The notes beneath the pieces were generated by a model. The model searched no databases and was not told the origin of the DNA. It was given only the letters and a program-made list of their open reading frames with translations. This document shows, piece after piece, positions 20,173-32,398 of a stretch of DNA of 40,114 nt. Position numbers and translations under genes: made by a program. Every line of letters starts with the position of its first letter. Positions within the stretch are counted from its first letter, which is position 1. The DNA is from Catajapyx aquilonaris (Eukaryota): NCBI GenBank assembly GCA_000934665.2, contig JYFJ02004355.1:1-40114 (forward strand), written 5' to 3'.

Positions 20173-22294
20173 TACACATGTAAATGGCCATTTGCCATTC
20201 AGGGCTTCCATGCTTTTAAATATTGAACAATATTACATGCAAATTCCAAATAAGATGACAAAAAAATCCAATCAAAAGAGTGTTCCTCCTACAGTATTTC
20301 TCTCTGCTACTAGCCCTTCCTTCAAAAGCACTGTCATTACTCAATAATGATCTGATCTCTTGCACAAAAATCACCATTGCAATTAAAGTCCTTATTGTTC
20401 AGAAGGACCTAATTTGAAATCAAAAAGATCCAGGTAACAACAGAAGTCAATGTATAAAAAAACGGTTTCAAGCTGTACCATCCAAGAGAGTAATCCTGAC
20501 ACACTTTCCATAATTAATAGACATTAGCACATTATATTTAAGAGCTAGATGTTTAAAAGAAATCCATAGTGGCATAGTGTAACATGAAATGACTTACATC
20601 TTAGCAAAACATTCATAGTTATGTCATTAGAATTATTATTTTTCTTTAAAGTAACACAACACAGTTTTACCCCACAGGAAGGGTAATCCTGTTAAAGATT
20701 ATCATGTTGTGCTAAAGAAAGCCCAGCATAGTGGCATATCTTTATACAGTCTTAAAGAGCATGAAAAGCCCTTTCATTTAATACATGCTACACGCCTAGG
20801 CTACCATTTTAATTTCTAGCTTAAGGCAGGTAATAACAATTTTGTAGTATGACTAATGCTACATTTAGGCTTTACACATACACTATTCATGACTTCCAAA
20901 GGCGAATGATTCACTGGATTGGAGGCAGGTGAAATGAACTACCAAATGAGCTAAAAATATATCAGGGGTACTGTATCAGCAATGCTTCAGTAATGTATAT
21001 ACAAATCTGTAATTTTGTATTATCAATGGTCACGCTATGCAAATTTAACTGAATACTGAAGCCATGAAATTTGACTTCAAAAGTGAACATTGTTCCTCAT
21101 CTGTCTGTCACAGGTTGAGTTATTTCAGCATACAATATTTGGAAGGTCTACTGTGTCAACATCTTCCTTTTCAGGCCACACAAACTTTCTTTGTTTATGA
21201 CAAGTAACACATACACATCAATAAACTTCTCTATCACCTGCACCACTGCTCCTACCTATAACATCTAACAGATCTCTTGGCTGCATATTTCAGTAAAACA
21301 TTTAATTTGTGAAATTTCTGAATCACATTCACTAGAACTACAGTATATTAAACATTGATCACCTGCCAGCAGGCACATGATGCTATAATGCTCACATGGA
21401 AAGCTTCACACTCTTGACTTACTGCAACTGTCTGTAAATATGGCCAGGCATGAAATGCACATAGATTGTGCAGTTAACCAAGTTAAGTTTTCTACCTCTA
21501 AAATGCCACTTTGTCATGGTTTTCATGGTGGTTCAAAACTGTGAAGTACTGGGTAAACTTTTTGGCCCAGTGCTACATGGAAGAGTAGGTCTCTTCCCAG
21601 TCAACCATGCAGGTTTTCAGTGCAATTATTGCAGGCCAATGTGAAAGAATACATGCAAACCTTAGTTGTGGTGACTGATATTTGCTCATGTATATTGATA
21701 TTTGGTGTACAGAATGGGAGAGGCACTGTGGCCTCTATTTACTTGCTTTTGATTCATTCTGTCTGAGCCCCCTTGAAACACAGCATCCTATGACATGAAC
21801 ACGTTACATTCTGACACGCCGGCTAGGAAAATTGTCTTTGTCAGCTCCAACAAGAAAGCATTAGTGCCAATAATAGTGTGTACTATCCAGTATACTGCAC
21901 AAGACCGTGGTGCAATCAACAACAAAAGTTACACAGGGGCAACATTACCATAAGCACAAAATGTAGCACGTTTCAAAATTTAGCTCACCCTCACATCAGT
22001 ACTAATCTTGTGGATGCTAATTTCCACATGCTCCTGTTGCTTCTCCTTCAAAACCTTTGAAAAGCTGTTATGTGAGCTCCAATGATATACGATTCCATGA
22101 CATGCTGGAAGTCCACAGGAGTGAATATCTACAAAATTTCCACCGATACAGTTCAACTGTGAAACACACACTCATTCTATGATCATTTCCATGGCATGTG
22201 CATGCCACACTATTTGTTTGACATGACGATGCCACATGCTCTCACTTTACTTGGTTGTAACATGCCCATGGGGTTGGACATTCAGACAAAAGCA

Positions 22295-22368
22295 TACTAT
22301 CAGCACAGAAATGGTCCGGACACTTGTCAATGGTCACAAGTGTCCGGACCATTTCTACGCTGATAGTA
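22295..22368. mobile_element. Short TA-bounded hairpin MITE
   Basis: TACTATCAGCACAGAAATGGTCCGGACACTTGT-CAATGGTC-ACAAGTGTCCGGACCATTTCTACGCTGATAGTA. Confidence 0.75.
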
Positions 22369-22378
22369 CAAGACTCAC

Positions 22379-22930
22379 CCACGATTCCCTATGACTACAA
22401 GGCGAATTCGCCCTCCAATTTCGCCCGATTGTCACACTCTTGTCCAATTTTGGCTGTCAACTACACACCTGTCACTTGACGCTGACACTAGTGTGCCGAA
22501 ATGTCTTTCGGAGTGTCACACACACACACCTGGTTACACCCTGCGGCCCATCACATGCACATCACCATGGACTAGTCTGGTTCCTCCGTGTGTGTCCTCT
22601 TTTACTCCGAGTGTCAGGCCGAACGACGAGTGACGGGCGGGGGTTGTTCGGCAGGCAGCAGATGCGAGGGTCGGCTGCCCGTCGTCCAGCCCCTTCCCTC
22701 CACCTGCTCTCTCCCTCTGCCGCCCGCCGTCCGTCTCCCGCCTCCCTGCCCTCACTCCGCCCCTCCCCGCGCTGCCCCTGGGCCGCCCCCTTCGCCCGAC
22801 CCAGACCAATCCGACTCCCAGACACCAACCACCGACCCAACAGAATCAGCCATCTTGAAACTACCATGGGGTCGAATCTAGCATCGCTGCTGCGTTGGTT
22901 GGGCCACCCCCACCCCCTCCCTCCACCCCA
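22379..22930 (-). promoter_or_regulatory. CpG-rich promoter and 5'UTR exon of the BTB-ZF gene
   Basis: GC/CpG-rich island, YY1/Pho-like CAGCCATCTTG at 22847-22857, splice donor GTGAGT at 22378. Confidence 0.55.
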
Positions 22931-23043
22931 CTAGCAGCTACTAGCTATAGCTACTGGTAATAACATAAACTTGGAAGTAAAAAAAGACCAATCTTTACTC
23001 GAGACAAATTATTATATACAAATAATATATAAAATTACAGGGC

Positions 23044-26000
23044 TCAAGAAGCATCTATGACGGCCTGTAACGATGAAGGCCCCCATACCCCGTCCCTGAA
23101 AGTGAATACTACGTTGCGATCAAGGTAGACCATGAGCCGTCCACAACGGTACACCTGCTTCCCTTCCTGCCATCTGTTAGGCACAGGCACGAAGAGGATG
23201 CCTCTCTCTGCGCATTTCCGCTCCAGCATTTCCTTGTACCCGTGTGGCGCTGGAGGGATCACCGGTCCGGATATTATGGGAGGAGGAGGTGGAGGAGGAG
23301 GCACCATCCCTCCTCCGTCCATGGTTCCCATAGTGGGGGGTGCACCTTCCACTGCTCTATTCATAACATCCAGGGCCCTCTTGAATTGATCCTTTATGAC
23401 AGGCTGGCTAAGAAGAGACTCGGGAAACATGCGTTTCCAGCCCCGATACCACTTTCCGACCTCCTCGTAATTGACTCCATCAGCAGAGGCTGTGCCCTGC
23501 GCCAGCCAGGTCCCAAGAGCAGTCAGCCATTTAGGAAAGAAGTGCTTGTCTAGAAGTGAGGCCATGGCTGCTGGAGGCAGGAGGGGTTCCCATTCCATCA
23601 CCCAATGCCACTGATCTGCAGGTGTACAAGAATACGACATGAGAACAATGATCATTGAATTTGTGATTTAGGATTCTAAGAAATGAGCTCACCTAGGTGC
23701 TGCTGATGTGGGCTGATGACAAACTCATTGAGTGCCACCTGCAGTTTGGGCACAACATGCTTCATCAAGAATGCCTCTGTGGCACCTTTGGTGAATACAG
23801 CCAGCCAAGGCTGCAGGATCATCTTGGCTGAACGGTCAGATGGGTGCCATGCTCCCAGAGCAGCACCCAGTTTCTGCCTGATGGTAGGGTACACCGCCTC
23901 CAGTCGAGCACCCAGCAAGGGCAGCCAAGGGTGGATCCATGCGTGGATTGGAACAGTGTCTGTCAATGGGTTCCACTCCTCAACCTCTGCCTGTCCACCA
24001 AAAAAAAAAAAAAAACATTCATTTTGGTAACACCGTTAACTTTGCCACGAGATTAGAACAAACATGTTTCCAAGGCATACCTGTATCTTAGGGAGTACCA
24101 TCTGCTCACACACGTGATCAAGAATCCAAGCAGGCATCAGAGGCACCCATCTCTCCAGAATAGCAATCATGGCTTCGCATCTCCTGCATTCCCAGGCCCC
24201 AACAGCTGCTCTAATGGACGGCACCCAGGCCTCCCAAATCAGGCGCTGATACGGATCCCCTCCCTCACTCTCGTCCACCTCAGAGCTGCTTACATCTAGC
24301 ACATCCCTCCATTGCCTAAACAACTCTACAGCCTTGCCCCCTGGAGTCTCCAGAGGTTTCCATGAGGTGAGCTCTGATTTTACCAATGGGGCAGCTATGC
24401 AGGCAGCCAGGGAGGCAAGAGAATAGGAGCGGTACTCTCGAGGGTGGCTGGACTTGAGTATCTGGAAGCACTTGAGGGCTTCTTCTGGGGTTAAGAGAGA
24501 GGAAGGATCAAGCAGTTGGTCCACTGCCTCCATGACTACTTCCAAGCCTTTTAACTGTAATAAAAATGAGTACATAATCAATAAAAAGTTGAATCAATAA
24601 TAGTTGAAATGAATTACCTAAAGAAATAAATAGCCATTAAATATCACACTTGTGCATACATGATAAAAAAAATAAAGGCAAACATAAATAGTAAACAAAT
24701 ACCAATTTTGTGCCGCTATGTGCAGTGAACCAGATTTATGCGACTTGAAAGGACAAGCAGTTTAATTTCATAAACGTACCTGCTCTTCTTCCTGATCAAG
24801 AAGCTGATCAAGCCTCTGCTCTTCTTGGTGAAGAACCACTATCCTGTCCTGTGCATAACGCATCTTCCTGTCATTCCTGACTATGTCCTGCTCACACATG
24901 TCCACTACCAGGTCTAGGTTGTGACTCAACTCTGGGAGAGAGAAGTGAGACAAACGCCTCTCTGATGACCATTTAGCCTGACTGCTGGACCTGTTGGTTG
25001 ACAAAATAGTTAGTATGTGCTGGTGGCAGTGATGCAGCGTGCATAAGTACAATGCACTCCCAATTATCCAGGTGTGAATAATTATATGTTGCGAATTATA
25101 TGTGCATCACCTAAAAATAAGACTAAAAAGAAGAGTCCGAAAAAATGTCAATATGTCTCGCAAACGAAGAAATATAACAAGGTTTTCCTAGAAGACAAAC
25201 TAAAAGTTTATGGGAAGTTTTCTTATTTTGATTAGACCTTAAAGCAGCATACACTATGTACTATCAGTCCAACAAGAATTGTCGCAGCGGCAGCGCACGA
25301 ACTACAATCTACGAGCACAGGTATACGAGAGACTGTAGTTCGTGCGCTGCCGCTTGCGACAATTCTTGTTGGACACCAGGTACAGTAGTAGTACATTAAA
25401 ACCATGTGAACAGCTCATTTTTACAGTATCTAGGACAATTTTAATATCCTTGTTTTCCAGTTATCCAGAAACACTGGTGCATTCATTAGCCTGGGTAATT
25501 GGGAGTACAGTGTACATGACTTCCCCAAACCTAACACAGTGAAGAACCATATGTGTATGCCTTGTTATCCACTAACCTCACAGCTTCATAATCTTCCGTA
25601 GGTGGCCTCTGATGCCCATGAGACAGTGCTTGGTATCCACTGAACACCCTCTTCTCAGGTCCAGTCATGTCTATGACTTTGACTTTGGTGAGATAGCTGT
25701 CCTCTTTACTCCCCAGAGAAAGGCTTAATCCTCCCATGCTCCCTACCCTCTTCCCTTCCTCCAGGACCTCCTCCACACTCTTCAGGACATACTGGCCCTT
25801 TCTGGTAGAGCCAGCCTTACGCCACCGGGACTGCTTGTTCCCATCTTTGTTCTGCAGGGCTTTTCTCCGATCTTCTTCGGTTTCCTCAAGTACTGCTGGT
25901 TTGGCAGCTGTTTCTGGCCCATAAGCACCTGCACACAAGCAACACATAAGTCTAATTATGTAATCTCTGGATGTAACTCACATGAGCATTGCAACAGAGA

Positions 26001-29000
26001 CTCCACAACTCACCAATTGCTCCTCTTCCTTTCCTCCTTTCAGCTACTATTGGTGCTGCAATACCCTGCAGGTCTTTACCAAGACCTCTTCCTGGTTTGT
26101 AACCCATCTGCAAGGTGCAAAAGTCACAATTCCAAATATTAGCATGTTATAATGTTCATTGATGTTCAATGGGATCGAGAAATTGACTTATGCACTTTAT
26201 TCACCAGCAGTGCATGAAAATAATTATGTCAATGAACTGGCAATAGCAGACTCTTGAAATTACATGGTAGTCATACCACCATGTAGCGTTACATTAATCA
26301 ATATAGAAATTAACTGACCATTTAGCACAATCAACAGCTAATTAAATCTTATTTAACAAATTTCCCACTAGTCTGAATGACACAAAAATGGCAGTGCCTG
26401 AAAGATGACAGTTGAATTAAGTGTGATATCATGAAAAAACATCAAGTGAGGGGCCTTGCTCTATGCCTGAATGCCATTACTTACTCACAAGTCGATGGCA
26501 TCCCATTCAAACAATTTTTTACTGCCATCACAGCATGAACTCTGACCACAAGAGTCTTTGGCATAGGATTTCATCAAGGGTGTGCCTAAAGAGAGGCCAA
26601 TGATGTTTTCTATCCTGACAGGTCGTGCCTTCAAGGGGTTAACCGTGACCCACAACTGGTTATTATACAGGGTAGAACATCGTGGGTGAAAGATCAGAAG
26701 GGCGGATGAACAATGCTTAACCCTCGGACGGTGACGTGGGCACTTTTTGTGACCAACGACCCTTTTTTTGCTATAACTTGGCAAATTTAGGACATTCGAG
26801 ATTCATCTTTGAGAACATTTTCGTTTGACTATTTCTGTGATGAATGACGTTTAGTTTAAATTTTTTGAGCAAATAGCGCGACCAGGAAAAAATAAATTAG
26901 GCGGCAATGCGTAGTTGGGGCCTGACCAAGGTCCGGTCTGGCGGCTCCCTGTGGCATACCAGGCCGCCAAGGGATGGAATCCCCCTACCCCCGGGAATTG
27001 GCTCCGACTGATTTTCTTTCCGATTTTTTTCTGATCGAACTATTTTCTCAAAAAATGTAAACTAAACACTATTTGTCGTAGAAGGAATCACACTATGATT
27101 GTCTCAAAGGTGAAGCCCGAATGTGGCCCCCCGATGGTATCTCCACCTTATCGTGGTGGTGGGGTTTGCGTTTCTCCCATGACCCCAAGAGCTATACCGG
27201 CGGTAGCTTCGTCTACTGGTAGGGCCACCCAAGCCGGACAGGTCTTTGGGATAGGAGACAGACTAAGAGAGATGCCAGTCTTTCCTCTCTTCTTTTTCCT
27301 CTTCGTTTCTCCCTCCATCTGTCCCACCTTTGCTTCTTCTTACAGCCAGATAGCCACAGTTGCTTTGGCTTCTTCCAAATAAACCAAACCAAACCCGAAT
27401 GTGGTATATTTCGCCAGATGTAACAAAAAATACGGCTTGGTCACAAAAAGTGCCCATGTCACCGGAGAGCGAACATTTCGCACGTCACCGTCTGAGGGTT
27501 AAGCATTGTTCATACGCCCTTTTGATCTTTCCCCCTCGACATGATATTACCATCCCTTTATGTTCTACATTTACACATGTACATTCTTGATAACTGACCT
27601 GTAAAAGCAGTTTGGCTCCAATTCCTTTGGTATGTCTTTCCCAGTTTCCAAGTCCTTTACCCACATAAGATGGGGCTGATCTCTTTCTAAGTCCAGCAAT
27701 CACGTCATCTTGGACAGACTTGCTCTTTCCCGACAGCTTTGACAAACCCAGGCCTGCATTTCTAGGTCGAAACGAGCCTTCATCGCTGAAAGAAATGACA
27801 TGCAGAAATGAATGCACAAAATTTGTATAACACTAGCAACCTAAAATGATGTCTAAATATATTCGTTCTGAGAATATCCACCAATATGTTAATAATAACA
27901 CTGATCTTATTTAGCAATATAATCTTGGTGTCAAAATCAAAGAATCTCTTCAAAAATCACTGTATATGACTTATGCTTGCTACATGTCACGCTGGACAGA
28001 AACTCACCTTGAAGATGAATTTGCATATTCATCATCACTCTTTCCCCTCTCTGCATCTTCCTCATCAGCATCCTCCTTTGCACCTTCCCCTTCCTTCTTC
28101 TTCCCTGCTTGATGGACCCCGCCAGACACAAAACTGACAGGCGTGCTGTAATTTTTCCTACCAACAGATCCAGAAAATCCTGGACGGGGTCTGGAATCTC
28201 CATCTTCCTCATCTGCCCAAATTCCTAGAAATGTTTCAAAGTTTTGTCACACTAATTCCAAATGCATTCACTTCTTCACTGCAGCAATCGCGAAGACATA
28301 AGCACAGAATGTGACTGTGTATGCTTAGAAGTGGTTCGACAACTCTCTGCAAGGGCTTTGTATTTGTGGTAAAAAAAATTAATGTGTAAATCATTTTGGT
28401 AGGGCCCTCATAGGGTTAGTTACCATATGTTTACTTCCTTTCCCATTACTGTACAGCTCTCAAATAATAATTTATGCCATGAACACCATAGAGCAATGGT
28501 TCCCAACTCCCTTGGGGGTCTCAAAGGGTTTCCTGAGGGGTCGCCGCGGTTGTTTTTACATTTAACAAACACTCAGCCGCGAATTATGGAGTTGTTTGCC
28601 CGATGCAAGTGCAATAATCTAATTAAATGTTAGGTTAATTAAATATTAGGTTATAATTTATTTTGTTATGAAAATATTTTGTTTTCTTTACCCTATTAAA
28701 ATGCCTTTTTGCTCAAATGTGGGGTGCGGAGGGGTCGCAGGTTACTTGGCGATTTTTATATTATTTTTTATATATTTTTAAAATACCCCGTGATAGGGCC
28801 ATGGGCCCTCATGGTGTGTGTGGGTGTGTGTGGACGCGTTTTTCCTATCCTTGTGAGGAATTTTGTCATTACGAGGTAGTTTTCCTGTACCTCATAGTGA
28901 ACACAAGCCTCACAAGGATAGGGAAAAATCGAAAAATACCTCATAAAGACAGTAAAAATATATTTCACCAAAATTTCGTGTGTTTCCTTGTAGGTTAAGT

Positions 29001-29634
29001 TAGGTTAGTTTTAAATTTTAAATTTTGGAAAAACCTCACAAGGATAGGAATGCGCACCTGTGTATGTGTGTGTGAAACACCACCATTTTTCACTCCAATT
29101 TTTCTTCAATCACGATTCAGGGAAGAAAGGATGTGAGGTAGGGATAGGGGTTTTGTGGGAAGGAGACACAGGTGCAAGTGCAATGTCGGTAAAGGGTCAC
29201 ATCTCCCGTGAAAAGTCAAAACCGTCTATCTGTCTATCTGTCACTTAGAGGGTTTTGACTTTTCATGGGAGACATGCAGTCTCCCTGGAGGTTAGGTTGC
29301 CAGACACCTCCATGGAGCGGGTCCGAGACCATCCTGATGCAGGCGAAAGGAACTCCCAGGCGGGGATTGAACCCTGGACCTTTCAAACAGTGAGCCGAGT
29401 CGTTACCAACTCGGCCACCCCGCCTCCACGTTACGTGGCTATTATAAAAGGGGGTTGCGACTCGAGAAACTTAAGTTGGGAACCACTGCCATAGAGGGTG
29501 CCAGATTCCCCACGTGGTGCTTTACCATAAATCTGCTGGTTTTTCGTTAGTCGTCTCCTGGGTCTGTTGATGTTGAACTCATTCTCAAGGTCATAATCAG
29601 TGATTTCAAAGCTTTCCACCTCATTATCTGACAT
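23044..29634 (-). CDS. TFIP11: Tuftelin-interacting protein 11 (Sip1/Ntr1 spliceosome disassembly factor; TIP_N, G-patch and GCFC domains), 837 aa
   Basis: Exons 29634-29526, 28224-28008, 27785-27599, 26107-26014, 25928-25577, 24990-24780, 24554-24081, 23990-23693, 23615-23044 are all GT-AG and in phase (2514 nt). Motifs: [86 protein letters not shown]. Confidence 0.97.
25268..25374. mobile_element. Intronic hairpin MITE (~40 bp arms)
   Basis: GTCCAACAAGAATTGTCGCAGCGGCAGCGCACGAACTACA / TGTAGTTCGTGCGCTGCCGCTTGCGACAATTCTTGTTGGAC. Preceded by TACTATCAG, the same start as the 22295 element. Confidence 0.75.
26721..27498. mobile_element. Non-autonomous piggyBac element
   Basis: TTAA|CCCTCGGACGGTGACGTG ... 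CACGTCACCGTCTGAGGG|TTAA, with subterminal inverted GGGCACTTTTTGTGACCAA. Confidence 0.85.
27127..27393 (+). mobile_element. RTE-derived short retroposon (RTE-like 5' region, (AAACC)n tail)
   Basis: 11-bp TSD CCCGAATGTGG at 27116-27126 and 27394-27404. The 5' part CACCTTATCGTGGTGGTGGGGTTTGCG...GAGCTATACCGG...GGTAGGGCCACCCAAGCCGGACAGGTC resembles RTE/BovB-type 5'UTRs. Confidence 0.75.
28833..29058. mobile_element. MITE inserted within a (TG)n microsatellite
   Basis: TTCCTATCCTTGTGAGG / CCTCACAAGGATAGGAA inverted repeats with an extra internal copy, flanked on both sides by (TG)n. Confidence 0.7.
29240..29427 (-). mobile_element. tRNA-derived SINE, family B
   Basis: Minus strand GGAGGCGGGG-TGGCCGAGTTGG (A box)...GGTTCAATCCC (B box), then a non-tRNA body ending near a (CAGATAGA) repeat. 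Confidence 0.75.
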
Positions 29635-29896
29635 CTTGGTGGCTTTTCCCTTGCTCCCAACAGCTCCTCACTGGGGCCAGCTAGAAACCTTGATGGGGAG
29701 CTCAGCACGAGCTGGGGGGAAAAAAGACTAATAAATACCAAACACTTTTAGGTGCATTCTAAAAGGAACCTTGTGCAATCCTTAAAAAGGCGCAATAGTG
29801 GTCTTTCCATGACAGGATTTCCTGTTATCACAAATTTGTTCACTAAATAATTTATTGTCCAATAGTATGCTTCTGGAAATTTGTCGCCTCCTTACC

Positions 29897-30638
29897 TAAA
29901 CAAGACTTGATTCCACAAACCCGATCCGATTATCAACGTCGTGTCTGCAGTGCCTCCTCCTATGCCAACTAGAGCATCCGCGTCCCCCCACACAGAAACT
30001 TCTTCCGCCCCCAGAGAAGCACAAGCCGCAACACTACCTACGACGACTCGGCGTCGATTCCGGTTCTACAATGAGCAGCAACGCACGCCAAAGGCCGCCA
30101 TCTTGCCTCTTCGACAACTGACGACAGCTACTACGTTCAAAATAACCGCTTGTTCAACGGAAGTAACGGCTACAAATCACGGCTCATTCAAGTCACTGTT
30201 AATTGAGACCTTATGCGCTAATTTGCGAGTTGGGATGGTCACTTATTACACTGGGGAATAATATGCAAGGCAGACATTCTCGTCAATGGATAAATCTGTA
30301 GAAAAAATTAGGATTCTGCACCTACACACTGGTTGGTGCATTTGCTTTAAACAAAAAATGTACACTAGTCTACTTTATTCATACATCAGCATAGCACAAT
30401 GCAATGATTGTATGATGTTAATCAAGAGTTAACACCATTACAATTTATGGTCAAAGAAACTGCAAGGAAATGAAACAGTGCACATGACCCTCGATATGGA
30501 TTCGCAGTACTGGTGGTTGCCATCCTCGTTGCCATAGCATTTCATTATTATTTATTTATTTCTATCTTTTGCCTCATTCAGTCTGACACAAATTTTTATC
30601 AGAACGGTCAAGGAAAGTAAATTGGGAAAAAAGTGAAA
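29897..30638. promoter_or_regulatory. Divergent promoter region between TFIP11 and the 344-aa gene, including the TFIP11 5'UTR exon
   Basis: CpG-rich 29940-30200, YY1-like GCCGCCATCTTG at 30094-30105, minus-strand donor GTAAGG at ~29896 and acceptor TTTTTTCCCCCCAG at ~29713. Confidence 0.55.
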
Positions 30639-32398
30639 ATGGAGGGTAAATTGGATGTTAAGAAGGTAAGTTTTATCAGCTCCATAAGTCTGCAGTGAAA
30701 TTTGGTTATCGCGGGCACTCATTTGGTAATGTCAAAATATTATTTTTCTAGGATGACTCACATATCGATGTAATTCTGGAGCCATTGATAGATGACTTTC
30801 CAGCACGAGTGTTTCTTGGAAGATTTCTGTCCTTCACCAATGCAAGTAGCATAATCACCTATGAGTTGATCGACAAAATAAGGGTGAGTGAATCGTATGT
30901 ATACAGGCCTGCAAAAATGTCAGGCATTAAAGTGTATGGAGCCCTGCAATGCAAAGTGATCTGAGTCACACTAGATTGATTTAATTAATGGATGTTAGAG
31001 TAAGTTTGAAGATTGTATTACCCTTTATGTGTTACGTACTTACGTGGCGTCCAGGACTTAATTACACAATGCCTTACTCAATTTCATCCAAAATGTGACT
31101 CTAATCTTTATGAAATTCAAGTCTTAATATTATAGATTATCAGACATTGGCAGTACAATTAATTAACACATCAATAGTGGTGGTAGTTTATTGGTATAAA
31201 TTTGTTGTTCCTATTTTTGTATCAATTCAGACTGAATCAGCTGACTTGGTTGAAAACTTGGAATCACGAATCCATGATAAGGAAGAAATACCATTGGAGG
31301 ACATTGTACGGTTGATCAAGAAAGCCATGAACGTGGCTGAAGAAGTCTGCAAAGCAGTTGACACCTCCCTGGATCTATTCAGGAATGAAACCCATAACAA
31401 ATGCACATCCGACTTCTTGCGTTTTGTTCAAGTTTGTCATTTTATTCATCCTTAAAAACATGCGTGAAGGTTTAAATACTGATGGACACATTTCTCAAGC
31501 ACAAATTATTATACCCTTATTCCAGCGCATTTTGGCTGATAAGCGGCACAGCAATGCCACACTCTGCCAGGAACACCATTTCGTGAAAGACATGCTTGAG
31601 CAGATCCACAAACTGTTGTTCCTCCACTGCAAGAGTGTGCAAAGGCTGTATGAAGATGAGGAGGGAAACCGCATGGAAAAATGCAGCGAATTGTCCCTTG
31701 AAATAAGGGAATTTGTTACCTCAAATCACGAAATCCTTCTGAAGCAGCGTGAGGACTACAACGGGTACATCAAGGGGAAAACTCAAATTGTTCTCCAGAC
31801 TATCATGGACAAATTCAATGAAAACATCGACGCAAACCTGACAAGGGTGAGTAAAGTGATGATTCTCTCCTGATATCCTTCTGGATTAGGCACATAATAA
31901 TTATGTTAGCTCATAAATACTGTGAGACACTATAGGTATGTTGAAGTATGTACTTTAATACAGGTGATTGAATCTCGTGAAACCATGAGTCATGTAGGCA
32001 AGCCTTCTCAGATGATGTTTGAGGATGACCTGATGAGATGCCAGAATGAAGTTGTAGAGACCATTTCAACATCTCTGGTAGATGCTGACGGACTCTGCAA
32101 TAAGCTACTTATGGAGGCCAAGGCAGAGGTCGAAGCAGAACAGAAACATCGCAGGGGGACCATAATGACTGAGTTCAAGTCTCAGGAGAAGTGGAGCCTG
32201 TACTTCTGCACCATGACTCTAAGGGGGCTGGCAATAGCATTAGCTGGACACCTGAACATGCTGGAGGACCTAGTTGACGTCATTCATGTAAGTAGAATTT
32301 ATTACAGCGTCCAATTAATTTTGTCTCCAAATCTGTATTATTCTTATTCCTGTTACCATTATTTGCAGGATGTCATACGGAAGTACAACACCACCTAG
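30639..32398 (+). CDS. Uncharacterised alpha-helical/coiled-coil protein, 344 aa
   Basis: Exons 30639-30665, 30752-30883, 31231-31431, 31526-31846, 31964-32287, 32369-32398. All five introns are GT-AG and phase 0, giving an uninterrupted 1035-nt ORF (MEGKLDVKKDDSHIDVILEPL...DVIRKYNTT). Confidence 0.85.

Larger units (their letters stand above)
26668..27568. mobile_element. Palindromic outer element (TA|CAGGGT start) split at its central TTAA by a piggyBac MITE
   Basis: GAAAGATCAGAAGGGCGGATGAACAATGC-TTAA (left) is mirrored by TTAA-GCATTGTTCATACGCCCTTTTGATCTTTC (right). Confidence 0.6.
28494..29488. mobile_element. hAT-Charlie non-autonomous element (995 bp) with perfect 8-bp TSD, carrying nested inserts
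   Basis: TIRs CAATGGTTCCCAACT / AGTTGGGAACCACTG. TSD CCATAGAG at 28486-28493 and 29489-29496. Confidence 0.92.

Noticed and set aside
22391..22934. Overlapping Arg/Pro/Gly-rich ORFs
   Set aside because: Expected from a GC-rich promoter/5'UTR; no domain or coherent splice structure.
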